Shown here: positions 38,335 through 53,626 of the stretch, piece after piece
How positions within the stretch are numbered: position 1 is the first letter of the stretch
How the letters are laid out: the number at the start of each line of letters is the position of its first letter
DNA from: Eledone cirrhosa
Taxonomy: Eukaryota
Reading direction: 5' to 3'
Assembly: GCA_964016885.1 (NCBI GenBank)
Contig: OZ024748.1
Location: 3,100,001-3,164,000 of the forward strand
DNA length: 64,000 nt
Notes under the pieces: generated by a model
Told to the model about the DNA's origin: nothing
Database searches by the model: none
Seen by the model: the letters and a program-made list of their open reading frames with translations, nothing else
Position numbers and translations under genes: made by a program

Positions 38335-38737
38335 ACCCAATTACACCTCTCAAAGGCGATGACACACGACCGGGACCTCTGGCATCATGCAGTAATACAG
38401 AAGACCCGACCCCCCACGGGTACAAGCCGAAGCTGAAGCATATAGACAATATGCCCCCACACACCCCACTGCAAGGTGGTCGTGGAGGTGCCACGGTAAA
38501 AAAGGCACCCAGCCCACACTGTAAAGTGGACGTGTAGGCGCCACGGAATAAAAGCACCCATCACTCACTGTAAATGAGGTTGGTGTTAGGAAGGGCATCC
38601 AGCTATAGAAATCAAGCCAGAATCAGTTCCCATATGAGCAAGACAAGGTCAGCCGACTGGACACTGCCCACAACAGGACAACCCGTCTAACCCATGCTAG
38701 CGTGGAAGAACGGACGTAAAACGGTGATGATGATGAT
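38335..38737 (+). mobile_element. RTE 3' end with extended module and (GAT)n tail
   Basis: ORF end MTHDRDLWHHAVIQKTRP, then ggtgccacggtaaaaaaggcaccc...aggaagggcatccagc...acccatgctagcgtggaagaacggacgtaaaacggtgatgatg. Confidence 0.8.
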
Positions 38738-38939
38738 ATATATACTTCTATATCGGTCACAATGGCAATTAAATCACACTTTCATTATCCATATAACATT
38801 TACAATGTACTATTTTAATTTGTCATTTTGTAAGTCCAATAGATAAGTCACATTGTTTTTCACATATTTTCCTGGAAAACCTATGACTTATACATGAAAG
38901 TATAAACCATATTCGTCAATTATCAGTTTATGTAATCCC

Positions 38940-39260
38940 TCATCATCATCGTTTAACGTCTATCTTCCACACTCGCATGGGTTAGATGAGAATTGTCTTG
39001 CTTGTATAGGGCTATCTGGCGGGTTTTCTACAGCTGGACGCCCTTCCTAACACCAACCACATTTACAGTGTGGACTGGGAGCTTTTTACCGTGTTACCTA
39101 CATGACCACATTACAGCATAGACTGTGTGTGTATTTTTTTGTTGTTTTTTTTGTTGTGACACACACCTACACAACCTCTTTAGTTTGGACTGGATGTTGT
39201 GGTACCAATATAACTTTACAGAGAAAGGGGTGGTGTTGGTGGGAGTGGAAGGATGGAGTA
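38940..39260 (-). mobile_element. RTE extended 3' module
   Basis: Similar to 16375-16700. Confidence 0.75.
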
Positions 39261-40495
39261 GGGGTAGTGGGTTGGGGTTCATTTTTATCTTGGAGGCATG
39301 TAGTCCAGGAACCAAACTTTGTATGACCAAAGTCATGTTGGAAAGTAACCAAATAGCCAAGAATTAATGGAATGTCTATTGTAGCTGGTCTCTTTCAGTT
39401 TCTATAATTTAGTTCATAACACTGAGTAATATGGATTTTCGCCTGTCTCTTTGTTTCTATAGTTGAGGTTGGAAAAAATCTGAAAATTTAATAAGCAGGT
39501 AGGGATGATTATTCAAGACCTGAGAGTATATTTTAACTCATTTCAGGGCCCTGATCCTTAAAATTACATTGTTTTTCTGTTGTTGCTGTTTTCTTTCCTA
39601 TTAGGTCTTACATTTTGTTGTGTCATTTCTTAAATCATTGTTGTATTTTATCATTCCATTTTGGGAAGGTGAAACGCTAACAATCCTTGATTTCATTATA
39701 AGTTTTTTTTTATCTAATAACTACTTCACTGCCATGACTCACTACTTTAATGTTAGTCCTCACTTCTAATCATCTTAAGAAACCAACTTGATTATATTAG
39801 CACTGACTCATACTTAATTAATTCAACTTATTTTTCTTGACCAACTAGAAATAGCTGCTAAATTTCCCTCAAGCCACATATTTGGTTTCTTATTCAAACA
39901 TATTCATTGGATGAAATATTATGAAGTTAGATTAGATTGAAGCATAAACAAAAGTGGAGATTGTTATCACTGGAATGTGATTGTCAGGTGTATCACAACA
40001 ACACTGATAGCCCAACTAGGAAGATATGATATCAAGTATTAAATTTCATTGGATTAGTAAGGCATGACTTTACATCATATTCTTTTACATTTAAAATAAG
40101 TATGTCCCAAAGTAAGTGACCATAATAATGATTTCTACTATAGGCACAAGGCTAGAAATTTGGGGCAGTGAAACTTGATTAAATCGACCCCAGTGTATTA
40201 CTGGTGCTTTATTTAAGTGACTATAATAATATTTGATCACTAGTCGAGAAATTGCATAAAGTCCCTGATTTTCTCAAATATCGTCTATAGTGATTGACTA
40301 TTATTTTGATTATTTGAGTTGGGGCTGAATAAAATACATAGCTTGGAGATCAGAGGGTCACTCCAGGTAGAGCTGCTACATCTCTGAATTGAGAGACCAC
40401 AGCTCTGACACTATGGGTATGTGGTTAGAATGTCTCAGGAAAGAATTGCTGGACAGATTTGTAGCTCGGCGATCAGAGAGTCACTTCAGGTGTGC

Positions 40496-40536
40496 TGCAG
40501 ACACTAATGTTTCTGGGTATCACCCTTCATCAGTAC
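40496..40536 (-). ncRNA. Type I hammerhead ribozyme
   Basis: Minus strand reads tgta-CTGATGA-a-gggt-gat-accc-a-GAAAC-attagt-GTC-tgca. Confidence 0.8.
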
Positions 40537-40850
40537 ATTTCACTGTTCACCTGTCAACTGTCAGAGCTTGTGAAAATATATGATATTTTCTAAAATATAC
40601 AATGACTGATTGGCCTGATTTACATATTAGCAGACTGGCTGATCAGTCAGATCTGCATATTAGCAGATCCACTGATCAGCCAGATTTGCATATCAGCAGA
40701 CAGGCCAGGCAGTTACCTGTATACGAGCGATTAATGGCTGGCTTTGCCATATTCAAATACAGTCACTGTATATTTTAGAAAATATGTTACAACTGAATTC
40801 CACTTATTCGTTACACATACATTTTCAGTAGCTCTGACAATTGGCAGGTG

Positions 40851-40911
40851 AACAGTAAACTGCACTGATGAAGGGTAATCACCCGGAAACATTAGTGTCT
40901 GCAGTTCTGTT
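40851..40911 (+). ncRNA. Type I hammerhead ribozyme
   Basis: aactgca-CTGATGA-a-gggt-aatc-accc-g-GAAAC-attagt-GTC-tgcagtt. GUC cleavage after 40899. Stem I extends via aacag/ctgtt. Confidence 0.85.
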
Positions 40912-41077
40912 TACATGCCAACACAAGAGCAAGAATGAGGGGCTCATTCTACTGACATAGCTTTAAAAAAGAGGCTGTTTGCATAATTGCAAACGAATTG
41001 AATATTATTATTAATATTCGGAAAAAAATCAGATTACATTTATTGTATTCAGCCATAATGAGCGATTATTTGTTTTT

Positions 41078-41320
41078 ATATATATATACACACACATACA
41101 CACACACACATACATACATACACACACACACACATACATACACACATACACACACACATACATACACACATACATACAAACATACATACATACATACATA
41201 CATACACACATACATACACACACACATACATACACATACATACATACATACACACCTACATACACACATACATACACACATACACACACACACACATACA
41301 TACATACATATACATACATT
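41078..41320. repeat. (CA)/(CATA) microsatellite
   Basis: Directly visible. Confidence 0.9.
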
Positions 41321-41444
41321 CAGTTAAACAGTGACTTATACAGATACTCATGTGTCACTGGGTTTTTCTGCCACCTCTTTCAGTCAGCCATATTGAGGAT
41401 GAGTCTTTAGTATTTACGTATGCTATTGTTGTGACATGATATAT

Positions 41445-41573
41445 AATAATAATAATAATGAAATTATTGTGTACAGTGCTTAGGTGCACTACAACTCATC
41501 AAAGGTGTATGTATAGTACATAGAATAATGTACAAATGTCAGGAAAATGAACATAGCCCATACCATGGAATAT

Positions 41574-41618
<45 letters not shown>

Positions 41619-42240
41619 CAATGAATGTTGATCTGTAGCAGGACTAATGCGGGATGTGAAGGATCCCAGGTAACCTGATGGCAAAGGGATTCATTGTTGT
41701 CAATATACCAAACCCTATCCAAATGTCACACATGTCACTTTCATAAGCAATTACAATTTAAAGCATAGTTTGCAGCCCTCATGTATATATATATATGTTT
41801 GTATGTATATATATATATGTTTGTATGTATATATATATATATGTTTGTATGTATATATATATATATGTTTGTATGTATATATATATATTAGCTGCCGAGA
41901 CACTGCATCCTTTAAGACACTCATGCTTCCCAAAATACGCCAAAACTACACCTGATGTACCCCTTCCATACACATGCACACATGTGTGTATCATGACTCG
42001 TGCACTGTTAATTTTACTGATGTTTGTGCATTGCCCTATGTACTGTACATGCACTTTTTTGATGAGTTGTGGTGCACCTGGGCACTGTGCACAATATTTC
42101 GTTATTGTTATTATATCATGACTCATACACTGTTTATTTTCCTGACATTTGTACATTATTCTATGTACTATACATGCACCTTTGATGAGTTGTAGTGCAC
42201 CTGAGCACTGTACACAATAATTTCATTATTATTATATTAT
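41445..42240. mobile_element. CR1 3'-end fragments: minus copy 41445-41560 and plus copy 41888-42240 with a duplicated tail
   Basis: SCRDTASFKTLMLPKIRQNY and two consecutive gatgagttgt(a/g)gtgcacctg tails. Confidence 0.8.
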
Positions 42241-42244
42241 TATT

Positions 42245-42933
42245 ATATATGTTTGTATGTATATATATATATATGTTTGTATGTATATATATATATGTTT
42301 GTATGTATATATATATGTTTGTATGTATATATATATATGTTTGTATGTATATATATATATGTTTGTATGTATATATATATATGTTTGTATGTATATATAT
42401 ATATATATGTTTGTATGTATATATATATATGTTTGTATGTATATATATATATATATATATGTTTGTATGTATATATATATATGTTTGTATGTATATATAT
42501 ATATATATGTTTGTATGTATATATATATATATGTTTGTATGTATATATATATATATATATATATGTTTGTATGTATATATATATATATATATGTTTGTAT
42601 ATATATATATATATATATATATGTTTGTATATATATATATATATATATATATGTTTGTATGTATATATATATATATATATATGTTTGTATGTATATATAT
42701 ATATATATATAAGTTTGTATGTATATATATATATATGTTTGTATGTATATATATATATGTTTGTATGTATATATATATATGTTTGTATGTATATATATAT
42801 ATATATGTTTGTATGTATATATATATATATGTTTGTATGTATATATATATATATGTTTGTATGTATATATATATATATGTTTGTATGTATATATATATAT
42901 GTTTGTATGTATATATATATATATATATGTTTG

Positions 42934-42964
<31 letters not shown>

Positions 42965-42969
42965 GTTTG

Positions 42970-43049
<80 letters not shown>

Positions 43050-43077
43050 TGTATGTGTATATATATATATATGTTTG

Positions 43078-43121
<44 letters not shown>

Positions 43122-43123
43122 TG

Positions 43124-43163
<40 letters not shown>

Positions 43164-43165
43164 TG

Positions 43166-43205
<40 letters not shown>

Positions 43206-43976
43206 TTTATATGTATATATATATATATATATATATGTTTGTATGTATATATATATATATATATAAGTTTGTATGTATATATATATATATGTTTGTATGT
43301 ATATATATATATATGTTTGTATGTGTATATATATATGTTTGTATGTATATATATATATGTTTGTATGTATATATATATATATATATATATATGTTTGTAT
43401 GTATATATATATATATATATATATGTTTGTATGTATATATATATATATATATATGTTTGTATGTATATATATATATATATGTTTGTATGTATATATATAT
43501 ATATATATAAGTTTGTATGTATATATATATATATGTTTGTATGTATATATATATATATGTTTGTATGTATATATATATATGTTTGTATGTATATATATAT
43601 ATGTTTGTATGTATATATATATATGTTTGTATATATATATATGTTTGTATGTATATATATATATAAGTTTGTATGTATATATATATATATGTTTGTATAT
43701 ATATATATGTTTGTATGTATATATATATATGTTTGTATGTATATATATATATGTTTGTATGTATATATATATATATGTTTGTATGTATATATATATATAT
43801 GTTTGTATGTATATATATATATATGTTTGTATGTATATATATATATATGTTTGTATGTATATATATATGTTTGTATGTATATATATATATATGTTTGTAT
43901 GTATATATATATATATGTTTGTATGTATATATATATATATGTTTGTATGTATATATATATATATTTATAATTGTAT

Positions 43977-44015
<39 letters not shown>

Positions 44016-44017
44016 TG

Positions 44018-44057
<40 letters not shown>

Positions 44058-44923
44058 TTTGTATGTATATATATATATATATATATAAGTTTGTATGTAT
44101 ATATATATATATATGTTTGTATGTATATATATATATATATATATAAGTTTGTATGTATATATATATATATGTTTGTATGTATATATATGTTTGTATGTAT
44201 ATATATATATGTTTGTATGTATATATATATATGTTTGTATGTATATATATATATGTTTGTATGTATATATATATATATGTTTATATGTATATATATATAT
44301 ATGTTTGTATGTATATATATATATATGTTTGTATGTATATATATATATGTTTGTATGTATATATATATATATATGTTTGTATGTATATATATATATGTTT
44401 GTATGTATATATATATATGTTTGTATGTATATATATATATATATGTTTGTATGTATATATATATATATATATATATATGTTTGTATGTATATGTTTGTAT
44501 ATATATATATATATATATGTTTGTATGTATATATATATATATATATATGTTTGTATGTATATATATATATATATATGTTTGTATGTATATATATATATAT
44601 ATATGTTTGTATGTATATATATATATATATATGTTTGTATGTATATATATATATATATATGTTTGTATGTATATATATATATATATATATGTTTGTATGT
44701 ATATATATATATATATCTGTTTGTATGTATATATATATATATGTTTGTATGTATATATATATATGTTTGTATGTATATATATATATATATATGTTTGTAT
44801 GTATATATATATATATGTTTGTATGTATATATATATATATATATGTTTGTATGTATATATATGTTTGTATATATATATATATATATGTTTGTATGTATAT
44901 ATATATATATATATATATATGTT

Positions 44924-44957
<34 letters not shown>

Positions 44958-45155
44958 TGTATGTATATATATATATATATATGTTTGTATGTATATATAT
45001 ATATATATATATGTTTGTATGTATATATATATATATATATATGTCTGTATGTATATATATTTGTTTGTATGTATATATATTTGTTTGTATGTATATATAT
45101 ATGTTTGTATGTATATATATATATATATGTTTGTATGTATATATATATATATGTT

Positions 45156-45187
<32 letters not shown>
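42245..45187. repeat. GTTTGTATG(TA)n compound microsatellite array
   Basis: Anchor gtttgtatg with variable TA runs. Also present at 41783-41888, 60625-61791 and 62448-62720. Confidence 0.97.
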
Positions 45188-45188
<1 letters not shown>

Positions 45189-45248
45189 CATCTCGGAGGT
45201 TGTTTTTCGTTGTTTCGTGGGCCGAAATGCGAATCTCGATAATTTATG

Positions 45249-45293
<45 letters not shown>

Positions 45294-45461
45294 GTATATA
45301 TATATTTATGTGTATATACATATATTTATGTGTATATACATATATTTATGTATATATATATATATATACATAAATATATGTATATACACATAAATATATA
45401 TATATATATAAAATATTAAACAAATAATGAACAAACAATTCCTTATATTAAACAAAAAAAG

Positions 45462-45616
45462 TTCACTATTTAACGATCGTTTCTAGGGTATATATGTGCT
45501 ATAATTGGTATGCATATTTAACAGATCTATGTACAAAATTATACAAAATTATACAAATTATCAAGATTAAATATACATACCTAACTCATATATACGCCGT
45601 CTTCAGAAATAATGAA
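45462..45616 (-). ncRNA. Hammerhead ribozyme in the inverted pLTR arm
   Basis: Reverse complement of 53129-53283. Confidence 0.8.
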
Positions 45617-46385
45617 GTATATTTATTGATAATAACAACAATTCAAAATATCAGTTCAAAATTGACCAATGAAAACACAAAGGGTTAAAAAGCAGTTTGG
45701 TGTGTGTATATACATGTAAAACCCTACACACATTTTACAATAATGTGTGTATAATATGTATGTGCATACTAAAAAGATGGATGCAAATAAAAAATTTCAA
45801 GGTTAATATCTCTGTAAGCTTAATGCGCTGATAAGATACGCAATGATACTTATGTAGTCAAGCATATAAATATATTTTTTTCATACTCACACATATCAGT
45901 ATAATCACACATACATGTGCGTATATATATAAATATACACATTACCACGAACACACAAACACACACACACCCCCCACTCACATTTATATATGTGGATATA
46001 AAATCATAAGCAAATAGAAATTAAGTCACTCACATAAACACACTGGTACATACATTTCAAGATCAAGATACAGAAATTAGGTGGGAGGGGGGGGGAGGGG
46101 TCAGTATTAGGTTGTCAGACCAGACAGCCTAATATAAATGTATCTATAAATTATGAAAAATAAAAAAATAAAAACAATAAAATATATTACATATAATATA
46201 ATGTACATACGCATACAGATATACATACACATACATACATGTACGCGCACATAGAGATATCTACACATACATACATACACACATACCTATACTGTCATAC
46301 ACACACATACATTTACACGAACATACACATACACATATAAAAAGATAAAAATACGGACACACACACGCGCAACACATACACACAT

Positions 46386-46436
<51 letters not shown>

Positions 46437-46549
46437 TATACACACACACACATAGACTCATATATATATACATACACATACATATACCTATACATAAACA
46501 TATATATATCCCACACTCATACCACCATGAAAACACATACAAACATCCA

Positions 46550-46598
<49 letters not shown>

Positions 46599-46690
46599 AT
46601 ACACACACGTACACATATATGCATATATACATACATATATACACACATACACATATATATATATACACACACACATAAAATACAGACATG

Positions 46691-46721
<31 letters not shown>

Positions 46722-46817
46722 TTCATTACCCTTATATATACACATAGTATATATACATACACAACCTCACTTATACACATATACACATAAGTTATATTAC
46801 AATAATAATAAAGAATA

Positions 46818-46848
<31 letters not shown>

Positions 46849-46987
46849 TATACACACATATACACATATACATACATACACATACATATACATACATACA
46901 TACACATACATACATACACCTAAATATAAACATATATAAATACACACATACGAATAAAGACATATATTCACACATAGACACCTATAT

Positions 46988-47019
<32 letters not shown>

Positions 47020-47112
47020 CTATATACACACACATACACATACATACACATATATATATATATACATACACATATATACACACTCACACACATACAGACA
47101 CACATACACACT

Positions 47113-47149
<37 letters not shown>

Positions 47150-50100
47150 ATGTGAGTGTGCGCAAATACATACATATATATACACACACACATACAAACA
47201 CACACAAACACATACATATGCATACATGCACACACACACACACATATATCACATAGATACGAAGATAAACATATAAATAGAGAGACATACAAATATATAC
47301 AGAACCCATATACACATACATGCAAACACGCATATACATATATACATATATACACACATATATATTCCTATATACAAGCATACACATACACACACATATA
47401 TACATATACCTACACATATATATACCACACATTCACATACACGTACATATATAAAATACATATATATACATACATATACATACATATGTATGTACAATCA
47501 TATATACACACTCAATCTTACATTCATATTTACATGCTCATATATGTATTTTTATATCTAGAAATAAATACCAAAAAAAAACTATATAGACACCCATCTA
47601 CCCATATATTCATACATATACACTTACAAAAACAGATGATAATAGTATGGGGGAAAGGGGGGGGTTTGGAGAAGGGGATCAAAGTAAATATATGTTTCAA
47701 GAAACCTATAATATTTTCCATATCTTAATTCAATGTATGTTCTTACATATTTTCAATGCTAGGAAATACGAAATCTATGCATCACAAAATAAAAAAGTAT
47801 ACCATTAATCATATGTCAACTAAACCAAAGATAGTCAACATATTGATTTCCAAGGTGTAAATTAGTTAGGTTTATAATATTTGAAGCAGAATTATGAAGT
47901 CAAACAGTAGTAGATTATTAATTACATTATAACTAAATTAAAGTTAATAATAGGGAAAAGAAACCCAAATAAAAATAAAATAAAGTATTACATCGGTAGT
48001 AGCATATAAATTATATGTTAACTAAGTTAAAAATTATATATTTATTTCAATAGTATATGTTAATTAGTATATGTTAATTAGGTATACAATACATAAAGCA
48101 GATATTGTATTTCATCAATAGCATAATATAATTATATGCAAATAAAAATCAAAATTAATACGCATACACATACATATACATACACATACACATACATATA
48201 CATATACATACACATATATATATATATATATATACATATATATACACACATACATACATATATAGTCACATAAATATACATACAGATACACATACAATAC
48301 ACACATATACATATACATATAGATATACATATCTTTTTCAAAAAATTTGCACAGAATATATTAACTAGGTATATATCCAAAAACACCTCCCATTCTATGA
48401 TTACATGAAATTCTGCAATTCGTCTGTACAAGGATACTAATTTTAAGCAAATTAAAATTAAAATTAAAGTTTTAGGTTGATTAAAGCTAAAACCAAATAA
48501 TAAATATATTTCCAAAATGTATATTAATTAGGTCAATAATACTAAAAATTCTTTCTCCGTCATAGGATACATGATATTATTTTGTTATATTTTATCTGTA
48601 AAAGAATTATAATAAAAAAAATTTTATAATAAAAGGTTAAACTAAATTAAAAAATTATAATAAAAGGTTAAAATAAGTTAAAATTAATCTATAAATTAAA
48701 TTACTGAATATATATTAGTAATATTTAAAGGTTTTTCAAAATTAATGATTACATAATATTTTCTCATCTGTAATAAAATATTAATTAAATTAAATTTATA
48801 GGTTAACTAACATTTAAATTAAATTAAATTCTAGAATAATGTTATTAATTAGGTTTATAATATTTAAATGTTTTTTTTAGTTTATGATTACACGATATAA
48901 TTAATTCCTGTCTTTTATTTAATAAGATATCCCTAGACTTCATTATTTCAAATAGTTCTTGGGAACATAATCTACATTCCTTTCTATTATTTTGATAAGG
49001 GGTGGCTCTTTTGAGCACACTCCAGGTCAAATCATATTTTATATTTTTATTTTTATAACTATTGATTTTTTCTGCTAGAGATGTTGTATTAGCCAGTGCG
49101 GCATTTTTAAAGCTATGTTTGTGGGTATTATACCTTGTCTTAAAATTGTTAGAGGTAGCTCCTATATATGAGCAAATAGAATCTTTAGTTTTAACATTAC
49201 ATTTATAGACTATGTTGTTAACAAGACAATTTTACAAGTTAAGGATAATATTGCTAAAAAATTTTTTTATATCCTTGAGAAAAACTTCCCGCCAAACCAC
49301 AAATACCATCAAATCTTAAATAGGTCTACAGTTAAATTCTCATATTCTACAACAAATAACATAAAACAAAATATAAGTGCATATAATGCATATAAATGTA
49401 AGAAAACTATAAGTATACCACCAGTACATCAAATTAACAATAATATCTCCTCAAATACAGAATTAACGAAAGGATGTAACTGTAGAAACAAAACAAACTG
49501 CCCATTAAAAGGGAATTGTCTTGTTAACAACATAGTCTATAAATGTAATGTTAAAACTAAAGATTCTATTTGCTCATATATAGGAGCTACCTCTAACAAT
49601 TTTAAGACAAGGTATAATACCCACAAACATAGCTTTAAAAATGCCGCACTGGCTAATACAACATCTCTAGCAGAAAAAATCAATAGTTATAAAAATAAAA
49701 ATATAAAATATGATTTGACCTGGAGTGTGCTCAAAAGAGCCACCCCTTATCAAAATAATAGAAAGGAATGTAGATTATGTTCCCAAGAACTATTTGAAAT
49801 AATGAAGTCTAGGGATATCTTATTAAATAAAAGACAGGAATTAATTATATCGTGTAATCATAAACTAAAAAAAACATTTAAATATTATAAACCTAATTAA
49901 TAACATTATTCTAGAATTTAATTTAATTTAAATGTTAGTTAACCTATAAATTTAATTTAATTAATATTTTATTACAGATGAGAAAATATTATGTAATCAT
50001 TAATTTTGAAAAACCTTTAAATATTACTAATATATATTCAGTAATTTAATTTATAGATTAATTTTAACTTATTTTAACCTTTTATTATAATTTTTTAATT

Positions 50101-51595
50101 TAGTTTAACCTTTTATTATAAAATTTTTTTTATTATAATTCTTTTACAGATAAAATATAACAAAATAATATCATGTATCCTATGACGGAGAAAGAATTTT
50201 TAGTATTATTGACCTAATTAATATACATTTTGGAAATATATTTATTATTTGGTTTTAGCTTTAATCAACCTAAAACTTTAATTTTAATTTTAATTTGCTT
50301 AAAATTAGTATCCTTGTACAGACGAATTGCAGAATTTCATGTAATCATAGAATGGGAGGTGTTTTTGGATATATACCTAGTTAATATATTCTGTGCAAAT
50401 TTTTTGAAAAAGATATGTATATCTATATGTATATGTATATGTGTGTATTGTATGTGTATCTGTATGTATATTTATGTGACTATATATGTATGTATGTGTG
50501 TATATATATGTATATATATATATATATATATGTGTATGTATATGTATATGTATGTGTATGTGTATGTATATGTATGTGTATGCGTATTAATTTTGATTTT
50601 TATTTGCATATAATTATATTATGCTATTGATGAAATACAATATCTGCTTTATGTATTGTATACCTAATTAACATATACTAATTAACATATACTATTGAAA
50701 TAAATATATAATTTTTAACTTAGTTAACATATAATTTATATGCTACTACCGATGTAATACTTTATTTTATTTTTATTTGGGTTTCTTTTCCCTATTATTA
50801 ACTTTAATTTAGTTATAATGTAATTAATAATCTACTACTGTTTGACTTCATAATTCTGCTTCAAATATTATAAACCTAACTAATTTACACCTTGGAAATC
50901 AATATGTTGACTATCTTTGGTTTAGTTGACATATGATTAATGGTATACTTTTTTATTTTGTGATGCATAGATTTCGTATTTCCTAGCATTGAAAATATGT
51001 AAGAACATACATTGAATTAAGATATGGAAAATATTATAGGTTTCTTGAAACATATATTTACTTTGATCCCCTTCTCCAAACCCCCCCCTTTCCCCCATAC
51101 TATTATCATCTGTTTTTGTAAGTGTATATGTATGAATATATGGGTAGATGGGTGTCTATATAGTTTTTTTTTGGTATTTATTTCTAGATATAAAAATACA
51201 TATATGAGCATGTAAATATGAATGTAAGATTGAGTGTGTATATATGATTGTACATACATATGTATGTATATGTATGTATATATATGTATTTTATATATGT
51301 ACGTGTATGTGAATGTGTGGTATATATATGTGTAGGTATATGTATATATGTGTGTGTATGTGTATGCTTGTATATAGGAATATATATGTGTGTATATATG
51401 TATATATGTATATGCGTGTTTGCATGTATGTGTATATGGGTTCTGTATATATTTGTATGTCTCTCTATTTATATGTTTATCTTCGTATCTATGTGATATA
51501 TGTGTGTGTGTGTGTGCATGTATGCATATGTATGTGTTTGTGTGTGTTTGTATGTGTGTGTGTATATATATGTATGTATTTGCGCACACTCACAT

Positions 51596-51632
<37 letters not shown>

Positions 51633-51725
51633 AGTGTGTATGTGTGTCTGTATGTGTGTGAGTGTGTATATATGTGTATGTATATATATATATATGTGTA
51701 TGTATGTGTATGTGTGTGTATATAG

Positions 51726-51757
<32 letters not shown>

Positions 51758-51896
51758 ATATAGGTGTCTATGTGTGAATATATGTCTTTATTCGTATGTG
51801 TGTATTTATATATGTTTATATTTAGGTGTATGTATGTATGTGTATGTATGTATGTATATGTATGTGTATGTATGTATATGTGTATATGTGTGTATA

Positions 51897-51927
<31 letters not shown>

Positions 51928-52023
51928 TATTCTTTATTATTATTGTAATATAACTTATGTGTATATGTGTATAAGTGAGGTTGTGTATGTATATATACTA
52001 TGTGTATATATAAGGGTAATGAA

Positions 52024-52054
<31 letters not shown>

Positions 52055-52146
52055 CATGTCTGTATTTTATGTGTGTGTGTATATATATATATGTGTATGT
52101 GTGTATATATGTATGTATATATGCATATATGTGTACGTGTGTGTAT

Positions 52147-52195
<49 letters not shown>

Positions 52196-52308
52196 TGGAT
52201 GTTTGTATGTGTTTTCATGGTGGTATGAGTGTGGGATATATATATGTTTATGTATAGGTATATGTATGTGTATGTATATATATATGAGTCTATGTGTGTG
52301 TGTGTATA

Positions 52309-52357
<49 letters not shown>

Positions 52358-53128
52358 ATGTGTGTATGTGTTGCGCGTGTGTGTGTCCGTATTTTTATCT
52401 TTTTATATGTGTATGTGTATGTTCGTGTAAATGTATGTGTGTGTATGACAGTATAGGTATGTGTGTATGTATGTATGTGTAGATATCTCTATGTGCGCGT
52501 ACATGTATGTATGTGTATGTATATCTGTATGCGTATGTACATTATATTATATGTAATATATTTTATTGTTTTTATTTTTTTATTTTTCATAATTTATAGA
52601 TACATTTATATTAGGCTGTCTGGTCTGACAACCTAATACTGACCCCTCCCCCCCCCCCTCCCACCTAATTTCTGTATCTTGATCTTGAAATGTATGTACC
52701 AGTGTGTTTATGTGAGTGACTTAATTTCTATTTGCTTATGATTTTATATCCACATATATAAATGTGAGTGGGGGGTGTGTGTGTGTTTGTGTGTTCGTGG
52801 TAATGTGTATATTTATATATATACGCACATGTATGTGTGATTATACTGATATGTGTGAGTATGAAAAAAATATATTTATATGCTTGACTACATAAGTATC
52901 ATTGCGTATCTTATCAGCGCATTAAGCTTACAGAGATATTAACCTTGAAATTTTTTATTTGCATCCATCTTTTTAGTATGCACATACATATTATACACAC
53001 ATTATTGTAAAATGTGTGTAGGGTTTTACATGTATATACACACACCAAACTGCTTTTTAACCCTTTGTGTTTTCATTGGTCAATTTTGAACTGATATTTT
53101 GAATTGTTGTTATTATCAATAAATATAC

Positions 53129-53283
53129 TTCATTATTTCTGAAGACGGCGTATATATGAGTTAGGTATGTATATTTAATCTTGATAATTTGTATAATTTT
53201 GTATAATTTTGTACATAGATCTGTTAAATATGCATACCAATTATAGCACATATATACCCTAGAAACGATCGTTAAATAGTGAA
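53129..53283 (+). ncRNA. Type I hammerhead ribozyme with an extended stem II, in the 5' pLTR
   Basis: Stem I ttcattattt/aaatagtgaa, CTGAAGA 53139-53145, stem II gtatatatg/catatatac plus ggtatgtatatttaa/ttaaatatgcatacc, GAAAC 53262-53266, palindromic stem III ACGATCGT, GUU site at 53271-53273. Confidence 0.82.
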
Positions 53284-53626
53284 CTTTTTTTGTTTAATAT
53301 AAGGAATTGTTTGTTCATTATTTGTTTAATATTTTATCTTGACTCTGTATACCGTTTATCTTTCACCGAAATTGGATTTTCATTACATCTCTTCTTTCCA
53401 TGATATCCGGAATACATTGAGTTCTTCATACGGATTGGACACTACCGTAAACTCTTGGTAGATTTATCTACATAATTTTGCTCCTATTTTCACGGAAATA
53501 TTCGTATTTTTGTACTGTATGTGTGTATTAATTTTATATTTATGTATATACATATATATATGTATGATTTTGTAAACCCATATACATTTAGTTGAGCTCT
53601 TTCAATTGTCCATCATCCATATCACA

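Noticed and set aside
45188-45252. Unique CpG-rich 60-bp island between TA arrays next to the PLE
   Set aside because: No match elsewhere in the window, so it cannot be shown to be a target duplication or part of the element.
42195-45393. Long YI/MFVC ORFs, and similar ones at 46000-48500, 50200-52500 and 56400-63000
   Set aside because: Translations of TA/TG microsatellites.
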